DNA of 63,718 bases from Pseudomonadota bacterium (GCA_021324535.1 JAJPIU010000130.1:1-63718); one strand, 5' to 3'; counted from the first letter of the stretch, positions 49,299-60,865 are shown. Made by a program: numbers and translations. Notes: generated from the letters alone by a model not told the origin.

Positions 49299-50636
49299 AT
49301 GGCAAAGTCAGCGGTCAAGGAGCCAAAAACTCTCTCCACATCGCAACCAAAGCGACCGGAAGGCGATGTGATCGCCGCACTCGAGGCGCGTGGATTGATC
49401 AGCCAGATAACCGAGAGCAGCCTGCGCGAGGCTGCGCTGAATACACGCCTGACGGTCTACTGCGGGTTTGATCCGACGAAACCGAGCTTGCAGATCGGCA
49501 ATCTCGTGCCGGTGATCGTGCTGGCGCACTTCCAGCGTATGGGCCATCAGCCTATCCTGGTGGTGGGCGGCGGCACCGGTATGATCGGCGATCCCAGTGG
49601 CAAAGACAGCGAACGTGTGCTCCAGACGACCGAGCAAATACTGGCGAACGCCGAGCGTGTGCGCCAGCAGTTGTCGGGCTATCTCTCGTTCGAAGGGCCT
49701 AACGCGGCGATCATGGTGAATAATTACGATTGGCTGAACGCAATCTCATTGATCGAGTATCTGCGCGATGTGGGCAAGCATTTCAGTGTCAACGCGATGG
49801 TGGCGAAGGAGTCGGTCAGGGAGCGGTTCGAGAACCGAGAGCAGGGCATCTCCTACACAGAGTTTAGCTACATGATCCTGCAAGCGATTGACTACCGCCA
49901 TTTGTTTGACGTGTATGGATGCACGGTGCAGGTGGGGGGGAACGATCAATGGGGCAATCTCCTGTCGGGCGTTGATCTCATCCGCCGCACACGCGACGCA
50001 CACGTACACGCGCTGACTGCGCCGCTGATCACCTCGGCCACCGGCGCAAAGCTGGGCAAGAGCGAGAAAGGCGCGCTCTTCCTCGATCCGGAGATGACCA
50101 CGCCGTACGAGCTCTACCAATACTGGATCAACACCGACGACCGCGACGTGGGGCGTTACCTGCGCGTCTTCACGTTCCTGCCACTGGAAGAGATCGCCAA
50201 CCTGGAACGTGAACAGGCTGAGAACCCATCCAGCCGTGTGGCGCAGCGGCGGTTGGCGTTTGAGATTACACGGCTTGTGCATGGTGAGGCGGTGGCGCGC
50301 GGGGTGGCTGGCGTCTCACATGTGTTGTTTGGCGGTGGGATCGCCGACCTGACGCCCGATACGCTGCCTTACCTGGCGAGCGTTGTGCCCACCACGCCAA
50401 TTGCGGCGCAAGCCCTAGCCGCCGGTCTGCCACTGGTAGAGGCGTTGGTCACGGTGGGCGCGCAGCCATCACGCGGCGCGGCGCGGCGGCTGATCCAGCA
50501 GGGAGGACTCTACATCAATGAGCAACGCTGCGCCGACCCCGAACGCATATTGACGGCTGATGACGCGCTGTTTGGGCGCGCCATCCTCATCCGCATGGGC
50601 AAGAATAAGTATCATCTGCTGCTGGCGGAGGAGTGA
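49299..50636 (+). CDS. tyrS: tyrosine--tRNA ligase
   Basis: YCGFDPT, GDPSG, EFSYMILQAID, QVGGNDQWGN, KLGKS, C-terminal S4 domain. Confidence 0.96.
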   Translation: MAKSAVKEPKTLSTSQPKRPEGDVIAALEARGLISQITESSLREAALNTRLTVYCGFDPTKPSLQIGNLVPVIVLAHFQRMGHQPILVVGGGTGMIGDPSGKDSERVLQTTEQILANAERVRQQLSGYLSFEGPNAAIMVNNYDWLNAISLIEYLRDVGKHFSVNAMVAKESVRERFENREQGISYTEFSYMILQAIDYRHLFDVYGCTVQVGGNDQWGNLLSGVDLIRRTRDAHVHALTAPLITSATGAKLGKSEKGALFLDPEMTTPYELYQYWINTDDRDVGRYLRVFTFLPLEEIANLEREQAENPSSRVAQRRLAFEITRLVHGEAVARGVAGVSHVLFGGGIADLTPDTLPYLASVVPTTPIAAQALAAGLPLVEALVTVGAQPSRGAARRLIQQGGLYINEQRCADPERILTADDALFGRAILIRMGKNKYHLLLAEE

Positions 50637-50657
50637 TGGCGCGTGTTCGCCAGGAGG

Positions 50658-51047
50658 CTATTGCCGCCGGAGGGCGATAGCCTCCACCTCCACCAGCGCG
50701 CCTTTGGGCAACTCGGCCACAGCGACAGTTGAGCGGGCTGGCGGATCGCCTGTGAAGAACTCGGCGTAGACGCCGTTCATCGCTGCGAAGTTTCCCATGT
50801 TAGTGAGAAACACCGTCGTCTTGACAACATCCGCCAGTGAGCTACCGCCAGCCTGCAAGACCGCGCTGAGGTTTTCGAGCGCACGGCGTGTTTGTGTCTG
50901 CACATCGTCGCCCTGCAACTCTCCGCTGGCAGGGTCAAGCGCCACCTGGCCTGAAGCGAACAGCAGGTTCCCTGCCGCTATCGCCTGGCTATAGGGGCCG
51001 ATGGCCGCTGGGGCCTCTGTCGTCGAGACTCGTTCACGATCCGCCAT
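50658..51047 (-). CDS. ridA: RidA/YjgF family enamine deaminase
   Basis: APAAIGPYSQA, SGQ, PARS, LVEVE. Confidence 0.92.
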   Translation of the reverse strand: MADRERVSTTEAPAAIGPYSQAIAAGNLLFASGQVALDPASGELQGDDVQTQTRRALENLSAVLQAGGSSLADVVKTTVFLTNMGNFAAMNGVYAEFFTGDPPARSTVAVAELPKGALVEVEAIALRRQ

Positions 51048-51134
51048 GATCGCCGCTCCCTTCATTAGTAATACGAATGATTCGGAAGACAGACCAAAAA
51101 AGAAGCCGCTGTGCAGCGGCGGAACGCTCGATGT

Positions 51135-51434
51135 TTACATCTGTTCGGAACGAATAAGAAAGCTGCCGACGCTCGATGACTCCGCCATGCGATTGAGCAT
51201 GCGGACGGCGCGCGCATGCTGGGGGTGTCGCCCGAAGCGGTGCAGCGCCGCCTCGTCGGCCAGCTCAATCACCAGCATGGCATGGCGATAGTCGGGTGTG
51301 TTGTTGACTCCATAACGAATGCGCTGCACACCGGGAATCTCGAAGAGCAGAGCGCGCACGTCGGTCAGAGAGCGATCAATCGTTGCGCGCGAGATGTCCG
51401 GCTTGAATCGTATGATGACTTCGTGTCTGATCAT
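51135..51434 (-). CDS. Dabb (stress-responsive A/B barrel) family protein
   Basis: MIRHEVIIRFK, IPGV, HPQH. Confidence 0.75.
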   Translation of the reverse strand: MIRHEVIIRFKPDISRATIDRSLTDVRALLFEIPGVQRIRYGVNNTPDYRHAMLVIELADEAALHRFGRHPQHARAVRMLNRMAESSSVGSFLIRSEQM

Positions 51435-51561
51435 ACAGGGTGGTATGTCACTTTCTCTGCTGCCTCCACTGACGCCATCTGCCAGGGGATACCTAGCAAC
51501 AATCGTAGCGTGTAGCCCACCGTTCAGGCAAGAGTACCGGCGGCGCCAAAAGCCGCATGAA

Positions 51562-52637
51562 CTATGTCAATTGTACCTCGTCCCGGCAGACGGCCAGCGC
51601 CCGCGCTGCCAATGATGGAATGCCGCGATCCAGTGTCGCGAAGAAGGGATCGTCGGTCGTGCCCGCCAGATGGCGCTTGTAGCTGCCTTCCAGCAAGATC
51701 GCCAGCTTCCAGATCGCCAGGGCCACATAGAACGCCACATGCTCCATGCGCCGCCCCGTGCGTTCGGCGTAGCGTTGGGTGAGTTGCGCGCGCGTCAGGA
51801 AGCCCGGCTGCTCCGTCACGCGCCAGGCGTCGTCGCCAAGCGCGCCAAAATCGGGATCGCCCGGTTCGCGCCAGAACGAGAGTAGATAGCCAACGTCGGC
51901 CAGCGGATCGCCAAGCGTCGCCATCTCCCAATCTACCACCGCCAGGATGCGCGCGGGTGGCTCAGGCGCGAACATCGCGTTATCGAGCCGGTAGTCGCCA
52001 TGCACGATGGTGGCCGGGCCGGATTCCGGCATATTGGCTTGCAGCCAGGCCGTCACGGCGTCGAGGTCGGGCAGGGGGCGTGTGCGCGAGGCGTCGAGCT
52101 GGCCTATCCAGCGGCGCAACTGGCGTTCGATATAGCCCTGCGGCTTGCCGAAGTCGCCCAGACCAATCGCCTGCCAATCCACAGCATGCAGATCGGCCAG
52201 TCGGTCGATCAGCTCTTCGCTCAGTCCGCCGCACGCTTCGGGCGTATCAAAGGCAGACGGCAGCTTTGCGCGGATCACAATGCCTGGCACGCGCTCCATC
52301 AGATAAAATGGCGCGCCAATCACACTCTCGTCCGCGCAATAGAGCACAGGACGAGGTACGGGAAAACTCGTTTGGGCAAGCGCGCTGATGGCCCGGTACT
52401 CGCGTCCGACATCGTGCGCGGTTGGCAACAGCGGCCCGCGCGGCGGACGCCGCAAGACATACTGCTCATCGCCGCGCATGACGTAAAACGTCTCGTTGGA
52501 GTGGCCGCCGCGAATGCGTTCGACTGTGATGGGTATATCGCCGCCGGATAGTTCCCTCGCGAGATAGGTTTGCAACGCCTGTGGGTCTACCAGGGGTGGG
52601 AGCGACTGCTGCGCTGGTTGTGTCGTCGGTTGTTCGC

Positions 52638-52641
<4 letters not shown>
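51562..52641 (-). CDS. APH-like phosphotransferase (ACAD10/11 N-terminal / LvaA-like)
   Basis: GGHSNET, VLRRPP.G.LLPTAHDVGRE, HGDYRLDN, DWEMATLGDPLAD. Confidence 0.9.
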
Positions 52642-53882
<1,241 letters not shown>

Positions 53883-53917
53883 CGGCGACGCCTTTCTTGG
53901 GTATAGTGTGTGAATGG

Positions 53918-53982
53918 GGCAGGCGCCTCAAGCCGCGCCTAGAGGCTTGCGCTTCAGCCACGAAGGCCGCCTGCGCGGCCTG
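53918..53982. repeat. second type of REP-like element (two short palindromes)
   Basis: AGGCCGCCTGCGCGGCCT hairpin plus CAAGC...GCTTG and AGGCGCCT; single copy in this window; family resemblance is from recall. Confidence 0.4.
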
Positions 53983-54050
53983 TAGTAGGGCAACGCATCT
54001 GCCGCTGGCTGTATTCGACAGCATGGGAGGGCGTTCGTCAAGGGAGTGTC

Positions 54051-56750
54051 TTACAGCCGTGGATCAACCGGCTCGCTTTCCAGCGCCAGCACACCAAACA
54101 CCGCCTGATGCGTGCGCCAGAGTGGTTCGCCGCGTGTGAAGCGTTCCAGCGCCTCCACACCCAGCGCGAACTCACGGAGGGCCAGCGTGCGTTTGGCGCT
54201 CAGCCCCCGTCGCTTCAATCGCACGAGGTTGGCCGGTTCAGTGTAGTCTGGCCCGTAGATGATGCGCAGGTACTCACGCCCACGACACTTCACCGCAGGC
54301 TGCGCCCAACCCTTTGGCCCGCGTAACAGAAACGACGACGGCTTGACCACCATTCCCTCGCCGCCGTTCGCTGTTAGCTCCTCCCACCAGGCTATCACGG
54401 TGGCGCACTCAGCCTCGTCGGCGAGCGTCGCCAGCCGGTAGCGCGTCGCCATAAACAATGTATCCGCCTCGGCCAGCCGTGCCAGTTCGCGCATATGCCA
54501 TTCGTGGTCGCGGTCGAGATACGTTTTTCCTTCGGTCGCCAGCAGATGAAACGGCGCAATGCGTAGCCCATCAAGCCCTTCGGTGGGCCAGCAGTAGCGT
54601 CCATACGCTTCGGCATAGCGCGCAAGGTTTTCCGCGCGGGTTGTCAGCCTCTCCGCTAGCGCCGCCAGTTGCTCACGCTCCGTAGTGGGCGTCTGCCCAT
54701 CATTGGCTGGCAAGCGATCAATCGCCTGCTGTGTCACCTCGCTTGCCATCTCCAGCGCCGCCTGCCCTGCCGCAGCGACGGGCGCATACTGCGTGCGCAG
54801 CAAGCCCTGCGCCTTGGCGCTCCACGGCAGGATCTCGGCGTCCAGGCAGACCCAATCGGTGGCGAAGCGATCCCACCAGCCAGCGGCGGTGAGCGCGTCG
54901 CTCAGGCGAGTAATCAAGGCGTGGTCGAGTGTGTCGTCATCGAAGAAACGCCTGCCGGTGCGCGTATAGCATGCCCCCGGCGCCGTGCCTGCGTCCGCGC
55001 CAAAACGACGATGCGCGGTAGCTTCATCGCGACAAAGCACCAACACGGCACGGCTGCCCATGTGCTTTTCTTCGCAGATCACCTGCGTGGCGCCCTGCTG
55101 GCGATAATAGCCCAACGCCTCCTCCGGGCGTTCCAGCCAGCCATCGCGCGGTGAGGTCTCGCTGGGCGACATGGTGGGCGGCAGGTAGATCAGCCAGCGC
55201 GGATCGAGCGCAAAGCGGCTCATGGCTTCGAGCGCAGCCGCCGCGCGATCCTCCTCGATGATCACCTTGCCCATGAGCCGCGTCGGGATGATCTGCTTGC
55301 CCAGCACGTCTTCGATGCGCAGCAGCGTATCAACCGCGCCTGCGGATATACCTGTGGATGCGCCTGTCTCATCTTCCACCGGCCCGGTGCCCATCGCCGC
55401 CGGCTGCCCAGGCGTGGCCCCCATCGCGGTTCCAAGCGGGCGCTTTGGCTCGGCGTACATGCGGCGCGCAGGCACGCTGACCGTCTCGCGTTCGGGCCAG
55501 CGTAGTGCGGTGAGTTTGCCGCTGTACACACAGCCTGTATCAATGTTAATCGTGTTGTTGAACCAGACGGCTTCTGGCACGGGCGTGTGACCATAGACGA
55601 CAGAGGCGCTGCCGCGATAGTCAGCCGCCCAGTTGGCGCGCACCGGCAGGCCAAATTCATCGGTCTCGCCGGTTGTCTCGCCATAGAGCGCAAACTCGCG
55701 CACACGGCCCGATGCGCGCATCTGATACGCCTCTTTCATTCCGGCATGGGCCACCACCAGCGCGCCGTCATCCAGCACAAGATGCGAGACCAGGCTCTCG
55801 ATAAACGCAATGTAGGTGCGTTTCCAGGCGTCACGTTCGCTCTTTGGCAGCGCATTGATTTGATCAAGACTATCCTGTAGTCCGTGGCTGATCTTCACCT
55901 GGCGCCCGCTGAGCGCGCGTTGCAGCTTCACATCATGGTTCCCCGGCACGCAAAACGCCCGCCCCGCCGCCACCATTCGCCGTGCCAACGTGACCACCTC
56001 CACCACACCCGGCCCACGATCCACCAGATCGCCGACGAAGATCAGCCGCCGTCCATCGGGATGGCGCAGGCCACGCTCAGGCTGCTCAGCGTCGTCCTGG
56101 TAGCCAAGCATGCCAAGCAACTCGCGCAGTTCTTCGTAGCAGCCATGCACATCACCGATGATGTCGAACGGGCCATGTTCGTCGCGCTTATCGCTGTAGA
56201 GCGGAACACGCTCGATGCGCACTGCGTCTACCTCGGCGGGCGAGCGTAGAAGGTACACCTGCCGGAAGCCTTCGCGCGCCAGGCCATGTAGCCCACGGCG
56301 GAGCGCCTGGATATGGTTGCGCACGACATGCGCGCCAAACTGGCGGTCGGGTCGGCTGGCGTTACGTTCCTGACTGATGCGCTCGTCAATATCGAAGACA
56401 ATGGCTATGGGCAGCACGTCATGTGCGCGGGCGATGTGAACGAGCGGGGCGCGATCCTGTGGCTTGACGTTTGTGGCATCCACGACGACGAGCCGCCCCA
56501 ACGCCAGCCGCAAGCCGGCGATATGGTGAAGCGCATCGAACGCCGCGTGCGTGACGGTTTGGTCGTTGGGATCATCCCCCACCACGCCGCGATAGGCGTC
56601 GGAACTCAACACCTCAGTGGGCAGGAAGTGGCGCGCGGCAAAGGTACTTTTGCCGGAGCCAGAGGCGCCGATCAGCGCGACCAGGCACAGCTTGGGGATG
56701 GTGATGAGCCGCTCTCTGCTTCCGCTCTGCGTCTCCCTCGTGTCTGCCAT
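54051..56750 (-). CDS. pnkp: polynucleotide kinase-phosphatase-ligase Pnkp (RNA repair)
   Basis: Kinase GASGSGKST and DATN; metallophosphatase DVHG, GDLVDRG, GNHD, YGH; ligase EEKHMGSR, EGMVVKP, KCRGREYLRIIYG, C-terminal DPRL. Confidence 0.95.
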   Translation of the reverse strand: MADTRETQSGSRERLITIPKLCLVALIGASGSGKSTFAARHFLPTEVLSSDAYRGVVGDDPNDQTVTHAAFDALHHIAGLRLALGRLVVVDATNVKPQDRAPLVHIARAHDVLPIAIVFDIDERISQERNASRPDRQFGAHVVRNHIQALRRGLHGLAREGFRQVYLLRSPAEVDAVRIERVPLYSDKRDEHGPFDIIGDVHGCYEELRELLGMLGYQDDAEQPERGLRHPDGRRLIFVGDLVDRGPGVVEVVTLARRMVAAGRAFCVPGNHDVKLQRALSGRQVKISHGLQDSLDQINALPKSERDAWKRTYIAFIESLVSHLVLDDGALVVAHAGMKEAYQMRASGRVREFALYGETTGETDEFGLPVRANWAADYRGSASVVYGHTPVPEAVWFNNTINIDTGCVYSGKLTALRWPERETVSVPARRMYAEPKRPLGTAMGATPGQPAAMGTGPVEDETGASTGISAGAVDTLLRIEDVLGKQIIPTRLMGKVIIEEDRAAAALEAMSRFALDPRWLIYLPPTMSPSETSPRDGWLERPEEALGYYRQQGATQVICEEKHMGSRAVLVLCRDEATAHRRFGADAGTAPGACYTRTGRRFFDDDTLDHALITRLSDALTAAGWWDRFATDWVCLDAEILPWSAKAQGLLRTQYAPVAAAGQAALEMASEVTQQAIDRLPANDGQTPTTEREQLAALAERLTTRAENLARYAEAYGRYCWPTEGLDGLRIAPFHLLATEGKTYLDRDHEWHMRELARLAEADTLFMATRYRLATLADEAECATVIAWWEELTANGGEGMVVKPSSFLLRGPKGWAQPAVKCRGREYLRIIYGPDYTEPANLVRLKRRGLSAKRTLALREFALGVEALERFTRGEPLWRTHQAVFGVLALESEPVDPRL

Positions 56751-56813
56751 GCCCACTCTCCGCCGCTGCTCTTCCGCCCTGCTCGCATCTTCCTGGCTGT
56801 CATAGTATAGCAT

Positions 56814-56849
56814 AAAAACCCCTCGCTCAGTGTAGATTGAGCGAGGGGT
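56814..56849 (-). terminator. intrinsic terminator after pspAA
   Basis: 12-bp stem ACCCCTCGCTCA/TGAGCGAGGGGT followed by T5 on the minus strand; TG-C-TATACT for pnkp follows at 56812-56804. Confidence 0.75.
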
Positions 56850-56867
56850 CAGAGCGAAGCGGCGATG

Positions 56868-57140
56868 CTATTCCACTTCCGCCTTGGCCAGCGCCTCGCG
56901 TGCCTCGTCGAGTGACATATCGGCGGCGGGGATGATCAGATCGGAAGTGACCACCTCATCATTCGCCACAGGTGTGCCCTCGCGCTGGATGAACGCGACA
57001 ACCTCTTGCAAGGTGGACGTGAAAGCGTCGGTATCGTTCTGTTGTATGGCCTGCGTTAGACGCTCGTCGAGGTGTTCCACCTCAGCGCCGTGCTGGTCAT
57101 CGAGGCGATACTGGTTATCTTCCTGGATGCGTACAATCAT
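56868..57140 (-). CDS. PspA-associated protein PspAA
   Basis: MIVRIQEDNQYRL...SDLIIPAADMSLDEA; directly downstream of pspA; GGAGG RBS. Confidence 0.8.
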   Translation of the reverse strand: MIVRIQEDNQYRLDDQHGAEVEHLDERLTQAIQQNDTDAFTSTLQEVVAFIQREGTPVANDEVVTSDLIIPAADMSLDEAREALAKAEVE

Positions 57141-57268
57141 GTGCGTTGCCCCTCCGTATCTACATCTATGAGAATGGTGACAAACAACAAGCGGCGCGGG
57201 TACAACGTATTGTACAACACATCAACGCTCAATGGAATGCACAACCTATCCCTGTTCCGCACATCACA

Positions 57269-57311
57269 TTCCCCCTTCCCATCTATGGGAAGGGGGCAGG
57301 GGGATAGGTCA
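57269..57311 (-). repeat. REP-like palindrome overlapping the pspA stop
   Basis: minus strand TGA-CCTATCCCCCTGCCCCCTTCCCATAGATGGGAAGGGGGAA. Confidence 0.75.
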
Positions 57312-58082
57312 GTCGTTCCCGTGTGCGCCGCTTGTCTCGCTGGCCGGTGGCAGTTGCGCCTGTGAGCCAGACTCACCAGAGGGAAGCTGCATCTGTGCTT
57401 TGAGCGCGGCAAGCTGGTTGTCTACCTCCGACTTGTTGCTCAAAGAGGCAAGCTGCCGGTCAATGTCGTCTCCGGCTGGCGCGCCAATTTCGGGCAACGC
57501 GCCGGAAGATGTGAGTTCATCGAGCGCATTGGCGCGCGCCTGCATCTGCAAGACACGATCCTGCGCCCGCTGCACGGCCAGGTTGACATCCGTCATCTCC
57601 TCGGAGATACCCGACGCCGCCTCTTGAATCTTCACCTGCGCCTGCGCCGCGCCATATTGCGCCTTCACCATCTCTTTCTGAGAGCGGAAGGCTTCAACAC
57701 GCTGCTGGAGGCGTGACTGCATATCAATGAACTTCTGCTGCTGCGCCTTCAATTGCTCGATCTGCTGCTCGAAGGCGTCGATCTGGGACTGCAAGCCCTG
57801 CTTGCGTTCGAGCGCCCGCCGCGCCAGGTCTTCCCTGTTTTGCTCAAGCGCCCGGCGCGCCTGATCGTCGTACTTCTGCATCTGCGCCTGAATCTGCGCC
57901 TCTTGCTGTTCGAGCCGCTTCTCGTTCATCGTCACGTCAACGATGCTGCGCCGCAGGTTCTGCAACTGTTCGAGCTGCTTCTCATACGAATAATCGAGCG
58001 CCTGCCCTGGGTCTTCGGCGCGATCCAGGAAGGAACTCATCACTGTCTTGATATAGTTCGTAAACCGGGAGAACACACCCAT
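57309..58082 (-). CDS. pspA: PspA/IM30 family protein
   Basis: MGVFSRF amphipathic helix, LDRAEDP, REDLARRAL, long coiled coil. Confidence 0.92.
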   Translation of the reverse strand: MGVFSRFTNYIKTVMSSFLDRAEDPGQALDYSYEKQLEQLQNLRRSIVDVTMNEKRLEQQEAQIQAQMQKYDDQARRALEQNREDLARRALERKQGLQSQIDAFEQQIEQLKAQQQKFIDMQSRLQQRVEAFRSQKEMVKAQYGAAQAQVKIQEAASGISEEMTDVNLAVQRAQDRVLQMQARANALDELTSSGALPEIGAPAGDDIDRQLASLSNKSEVDNQLAALKAQMQLPSGESGSQAQLPPASETSGAHGND

Positions 58083-58204
58083 TGCCTGATCTCCTCTTAC
58101 CCTTATCTTCTGTTCGTCTTACGACATCCAACGACCCATATCTTAATGATACGCGATGTGGATGATGTTTGTCTTAGAAACCGGCGTGCGCGGAGAAACC
58201 CGCA

Positions 58205-59569
58205 TTACTGGCGAATCAGCGCCAATACCTCGTCGCGGTGGCGCTCCATCTCCTCCAGCGTATCGGCCTCCAGGTTCAACCGCAACAGCGGTTCTGTATT
58301 GGATGGCCGCACATTGAACCACCACGTTGGGAAGGAGACCGTCACGCCATCAAGGTGATCGATCTGGCCGCCCTCGGCAGCGTACTTCTGCTCAATAGCT
58401 GCCATGCGCCCCTGCTGATCGCGTACTTCGCTGTTGACCTCGCCGCTGCGGTAGCGCGTGTCAATCGCCGAGACCAGTTGCGAGAGCGTCTGGCCACTCT
58501 GGCTGACGAGCTCTAGCGCCGTCAGGAAGGCGATCAGCCCTGAGTCGGCGTACCAGTTGTCGCGGAAGTAGAAATGGCCGGAATGCTCGCCGCCAAAGAT
58601 GGCGTTTTCCTCGCGCATCTGCGCCTTGATGAACGAATGGCCGACGCGCGTGCGAATGGCGCGTCCACCCTCTCGCTCGATCAATTCTGGTACGGAGCGA
58701 GAGCAGATCAGGTTGTAGAGGATCGTCGCGCCAGGGTGGCGTTGCAGCATACTCTGCGCCACCAGCGCCGTCACCATGTCGCCGCCCAAAAGCTGACCGT
58801 TCTCGTCAACCAGGAACATACGGTCGGCGTCGCCGTCAAACGCCACGCCCATCGCGCAGCCCTCCGCTGGAACCACACGCCGCAGTTCCTCGGTGTTTTC
58901 CGGCTCGATGGGGCTGGCGGGATGATTGGGGAACGAGCCGTCAAGCTCGAAGTAGAGCGGAACCAGCTCACAGGGCAGCTTCTCGAAGACGCGCGGGATG
59001 ATCAGCCCGGCCATGCCGTTGCCCGCGTCCACCGCGATCTTATAGGGCTTGACAGTGGCCACATCAATGAACGAGAGCGCGTGCGCCACGAAATCATCAA
59101 GCACGTCGCGCTTGATCACCTGGCCCTGGCGCGTGGGTGTGGCGAACTGGCCCGATAGCGCAATATCACGGATCGCGAAGCCACCTGTCTCCGAGCTAAT
59201 GGCGATGGCGTTCTCGCGGCACATCTTGATGCCGTTGTATCTGCCGGGATTGTGCGAGGCAGTGATCATGATACCGGCGGGATAGCCAAACTTGCCGACC
59301 GCAAAATACAGTTCGTCGGTCGAGGTCATCCCCAGGTCAATCGCGTCAGCGCCTTGCTCGGTGACGCCGCGAATGATCGCCGCCGCCAGCGCGGGCGACG
59401 AGACACGCATATCGCGCCCAATGGCGACGCGATCCACGCCGAGGTATTGCACAAACGCGCGCGCCACTAGATAGGCCGCCTGGTCGGTGAGGTCGGTTGG
59501 ATACACCCCCCGCACATCGTAGGCGCCAAATATCTTCGGGTCTATGTCGGGTTTTGCCGGAGTGGACAT
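58205..59569 (-). CDS. phosphomannomutase/phosphoglucomutase
   Basis: AYDVRG, TASHNP, FDGDADR, GEHSGH, RPSNTEP. Confidence 0.95.
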   Translation of the reverse strand: MSTPAKPDIDPKIFGAYDVRGVYPTDLTDQAAYLVARAFVQYLGVDRVAIGRDMRVSSPALAAAIIRGVTEQGADAIDLGMTSTDELYFAVGKFGYPAGIMITASHNPGRYNGIKMCRENAIAISSETGGFAIRDIALSGQFATPTRQGQVIKRDVLDDFVAHALSFIDVATVKPYKIAVDAGNGMAGLIIPRVFEKLPCELVPLYFELDGSFPNHPASPIEPENTEELRRVVPAEGCAMGVAFDGDADRMFLVDENGQLLGGDMVTALVAQSMLQRHPGATILYNLICSRSVPELIEREGGRAIRTRVGHSFIKAQMREENAIFGGEHSGHFYFRDNWYADSGLIAFLTALELVSQSGQTLSQLVSAIDTRYRSGEVNSEVRDQQGRMAAIEQKYAAEGGQIDHLDGVTVSFPTWWFNVRPSNTEPLLRLNLEADTLEEMERHRDEVLALIRQ

Positions 59570-59656
59570 CTAGGGATCGCTCCTTTCGCTGACGCGGGCT
59601 TGTCGTCGCCTGGGTCGTTGTCTGGGTCATTGTTTATCGCCAGCATACGACACCCA

Positions 59657-60865
59657 TTAGAAAATGGGAAGGAGCAAGAGCGCGCGCCCGATGATCTCGC
59701 CGATGAAGACAAATGAGACACACAGATACAACATGCCCGTGGCCGACTGGAACGAGCGCCCGCGTGTGAGATAGAGCGCGACCGCGCCCAGCGCCAGCGA
59801 TGACACAAACCCAAGCAAGTATTGCAGGATCGCCAGCACGCCAACGCTCAGCGGCGCCTGACGGAGGGGAACGGCCTGGTGTGGCGTTGTGGATGGCGAA
59901 CCAGCGCCGGGCGTTGTCGCGGGTGTGGGAGTCGCAGGCTTCATGCCGCCAATCGATCCCTTTCCGGTGGTTGATCCAGCCCCGGCGGTGGGGGTCGTCA
60001 CAACGATCTGGCCGTTCGCCCCCGTCTGGATGGTTGTTCCTGGGGTGACGGTGGTTGTGCGCAGCGAGGGATGCGCCGTGCTGGGGCCGATCAGCAGCGA
60101 GAAGACCAGTTCCAGGACGAGCGCGCCAAGCATCAGCGTCGTCACAAACTCCAGTGGCTTGCCTGAGGCAGTTGGCGTGTTGAGATACCAGTGGCCCAGC
60201 AGCATCGCCGTCATCACGCCGCCAAGCGCCAGCGCCCCCAGCAGAAACGCGCCCACCAGGAACGCGCCATCCAGTCGGCTATCTGCCAGCGTGCGATAGG
60301 CCATGCCCACTACGAAGACGGCGGCCAGCCCTAGCGCAGCGGTCAGCCCACCAAGCGCAAAACGTATCTCACGGATGGTGATTATTCCCACGCCAGGCAG
60401 CCGGAACAATGGTTTGAGCGTCATATCCGCCGGTTTGGGCGGGCGTGGCTTCTTGGGTGTGGCTGGCCCGTCCTCGGCGGCGATGTCGCTGAGCGGCGTC
60501 AATTCCTCCTCGTGCTCGCTTGCGGCAGGGCGTTGGCGTCTGCGCGGCTTCTGGCCTTTGCGCGGCTGGCGATCCAGCCAGAGCAACACATTCCAGGGCA
60601 GCAGCAGCGCAGAGAAGAGCAGCACAAGCGTCCCCTGCGCGTCGAGCCAAGGGGTATCCAGCCCTAGGCCGCGCATGACGGCGGGCGAGGCGAAGGCGTT
60701 CATGGCGCCGATGGTGAGGGCGGCGAAGATGACATAGAGCACGCCCTGAAAGATAACGAAGCTGCGGCTGGAATCGCCCCGCAGGTCGAGCGCATACAGG
60801 CACACAAACGAGCCGACGGTGAGTTCGAGCAGCACGATAAAGAGCGCGGGTGGCAGCGTCTGCAT
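59657..60865 (-). CDS. polytopic membrane protein with AMLLGHWYL motif
   Basis: About 8 TM segments, SATGMLY near the C-terminus, two low-complexity loop insertions. Confidence 0.7.
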   Translation of the reverse strand: MQTLPPALFIVLLELTVGSFVCLYALDLRGDSSRSFVIFQGVLYVIFAALTIGAMNAFASPAVMRGLGLDTPWLDAQGTLVLLFSALLLPWNVLLWLDRQPRKGQKPRRRQRPAASEHEEELTPLSDIAAEDGPATPKKPRPPKPADMTLKPLFRLPGVGIITIREIRFALGGLTAALGLAAVFVVGMAYRTLADSRLDGAFLVGAFLLGALALGGVMTAMLLGHWYLNTPTASGKPLEFVTTLMLGALVLELVFSLLIGPSTAHPSLRTTTVTPGTTIQTGANGQIVVTTPTAGAGSTTGKGSIGGMKPATPTPATTPGAGSPSTTPHQAVPLRQAPLSVGVLAILQYLLGFVSSLALGAVALYLTRGRSFQSATGMLYLCVSFVFIGEIIGRALLLLPIF

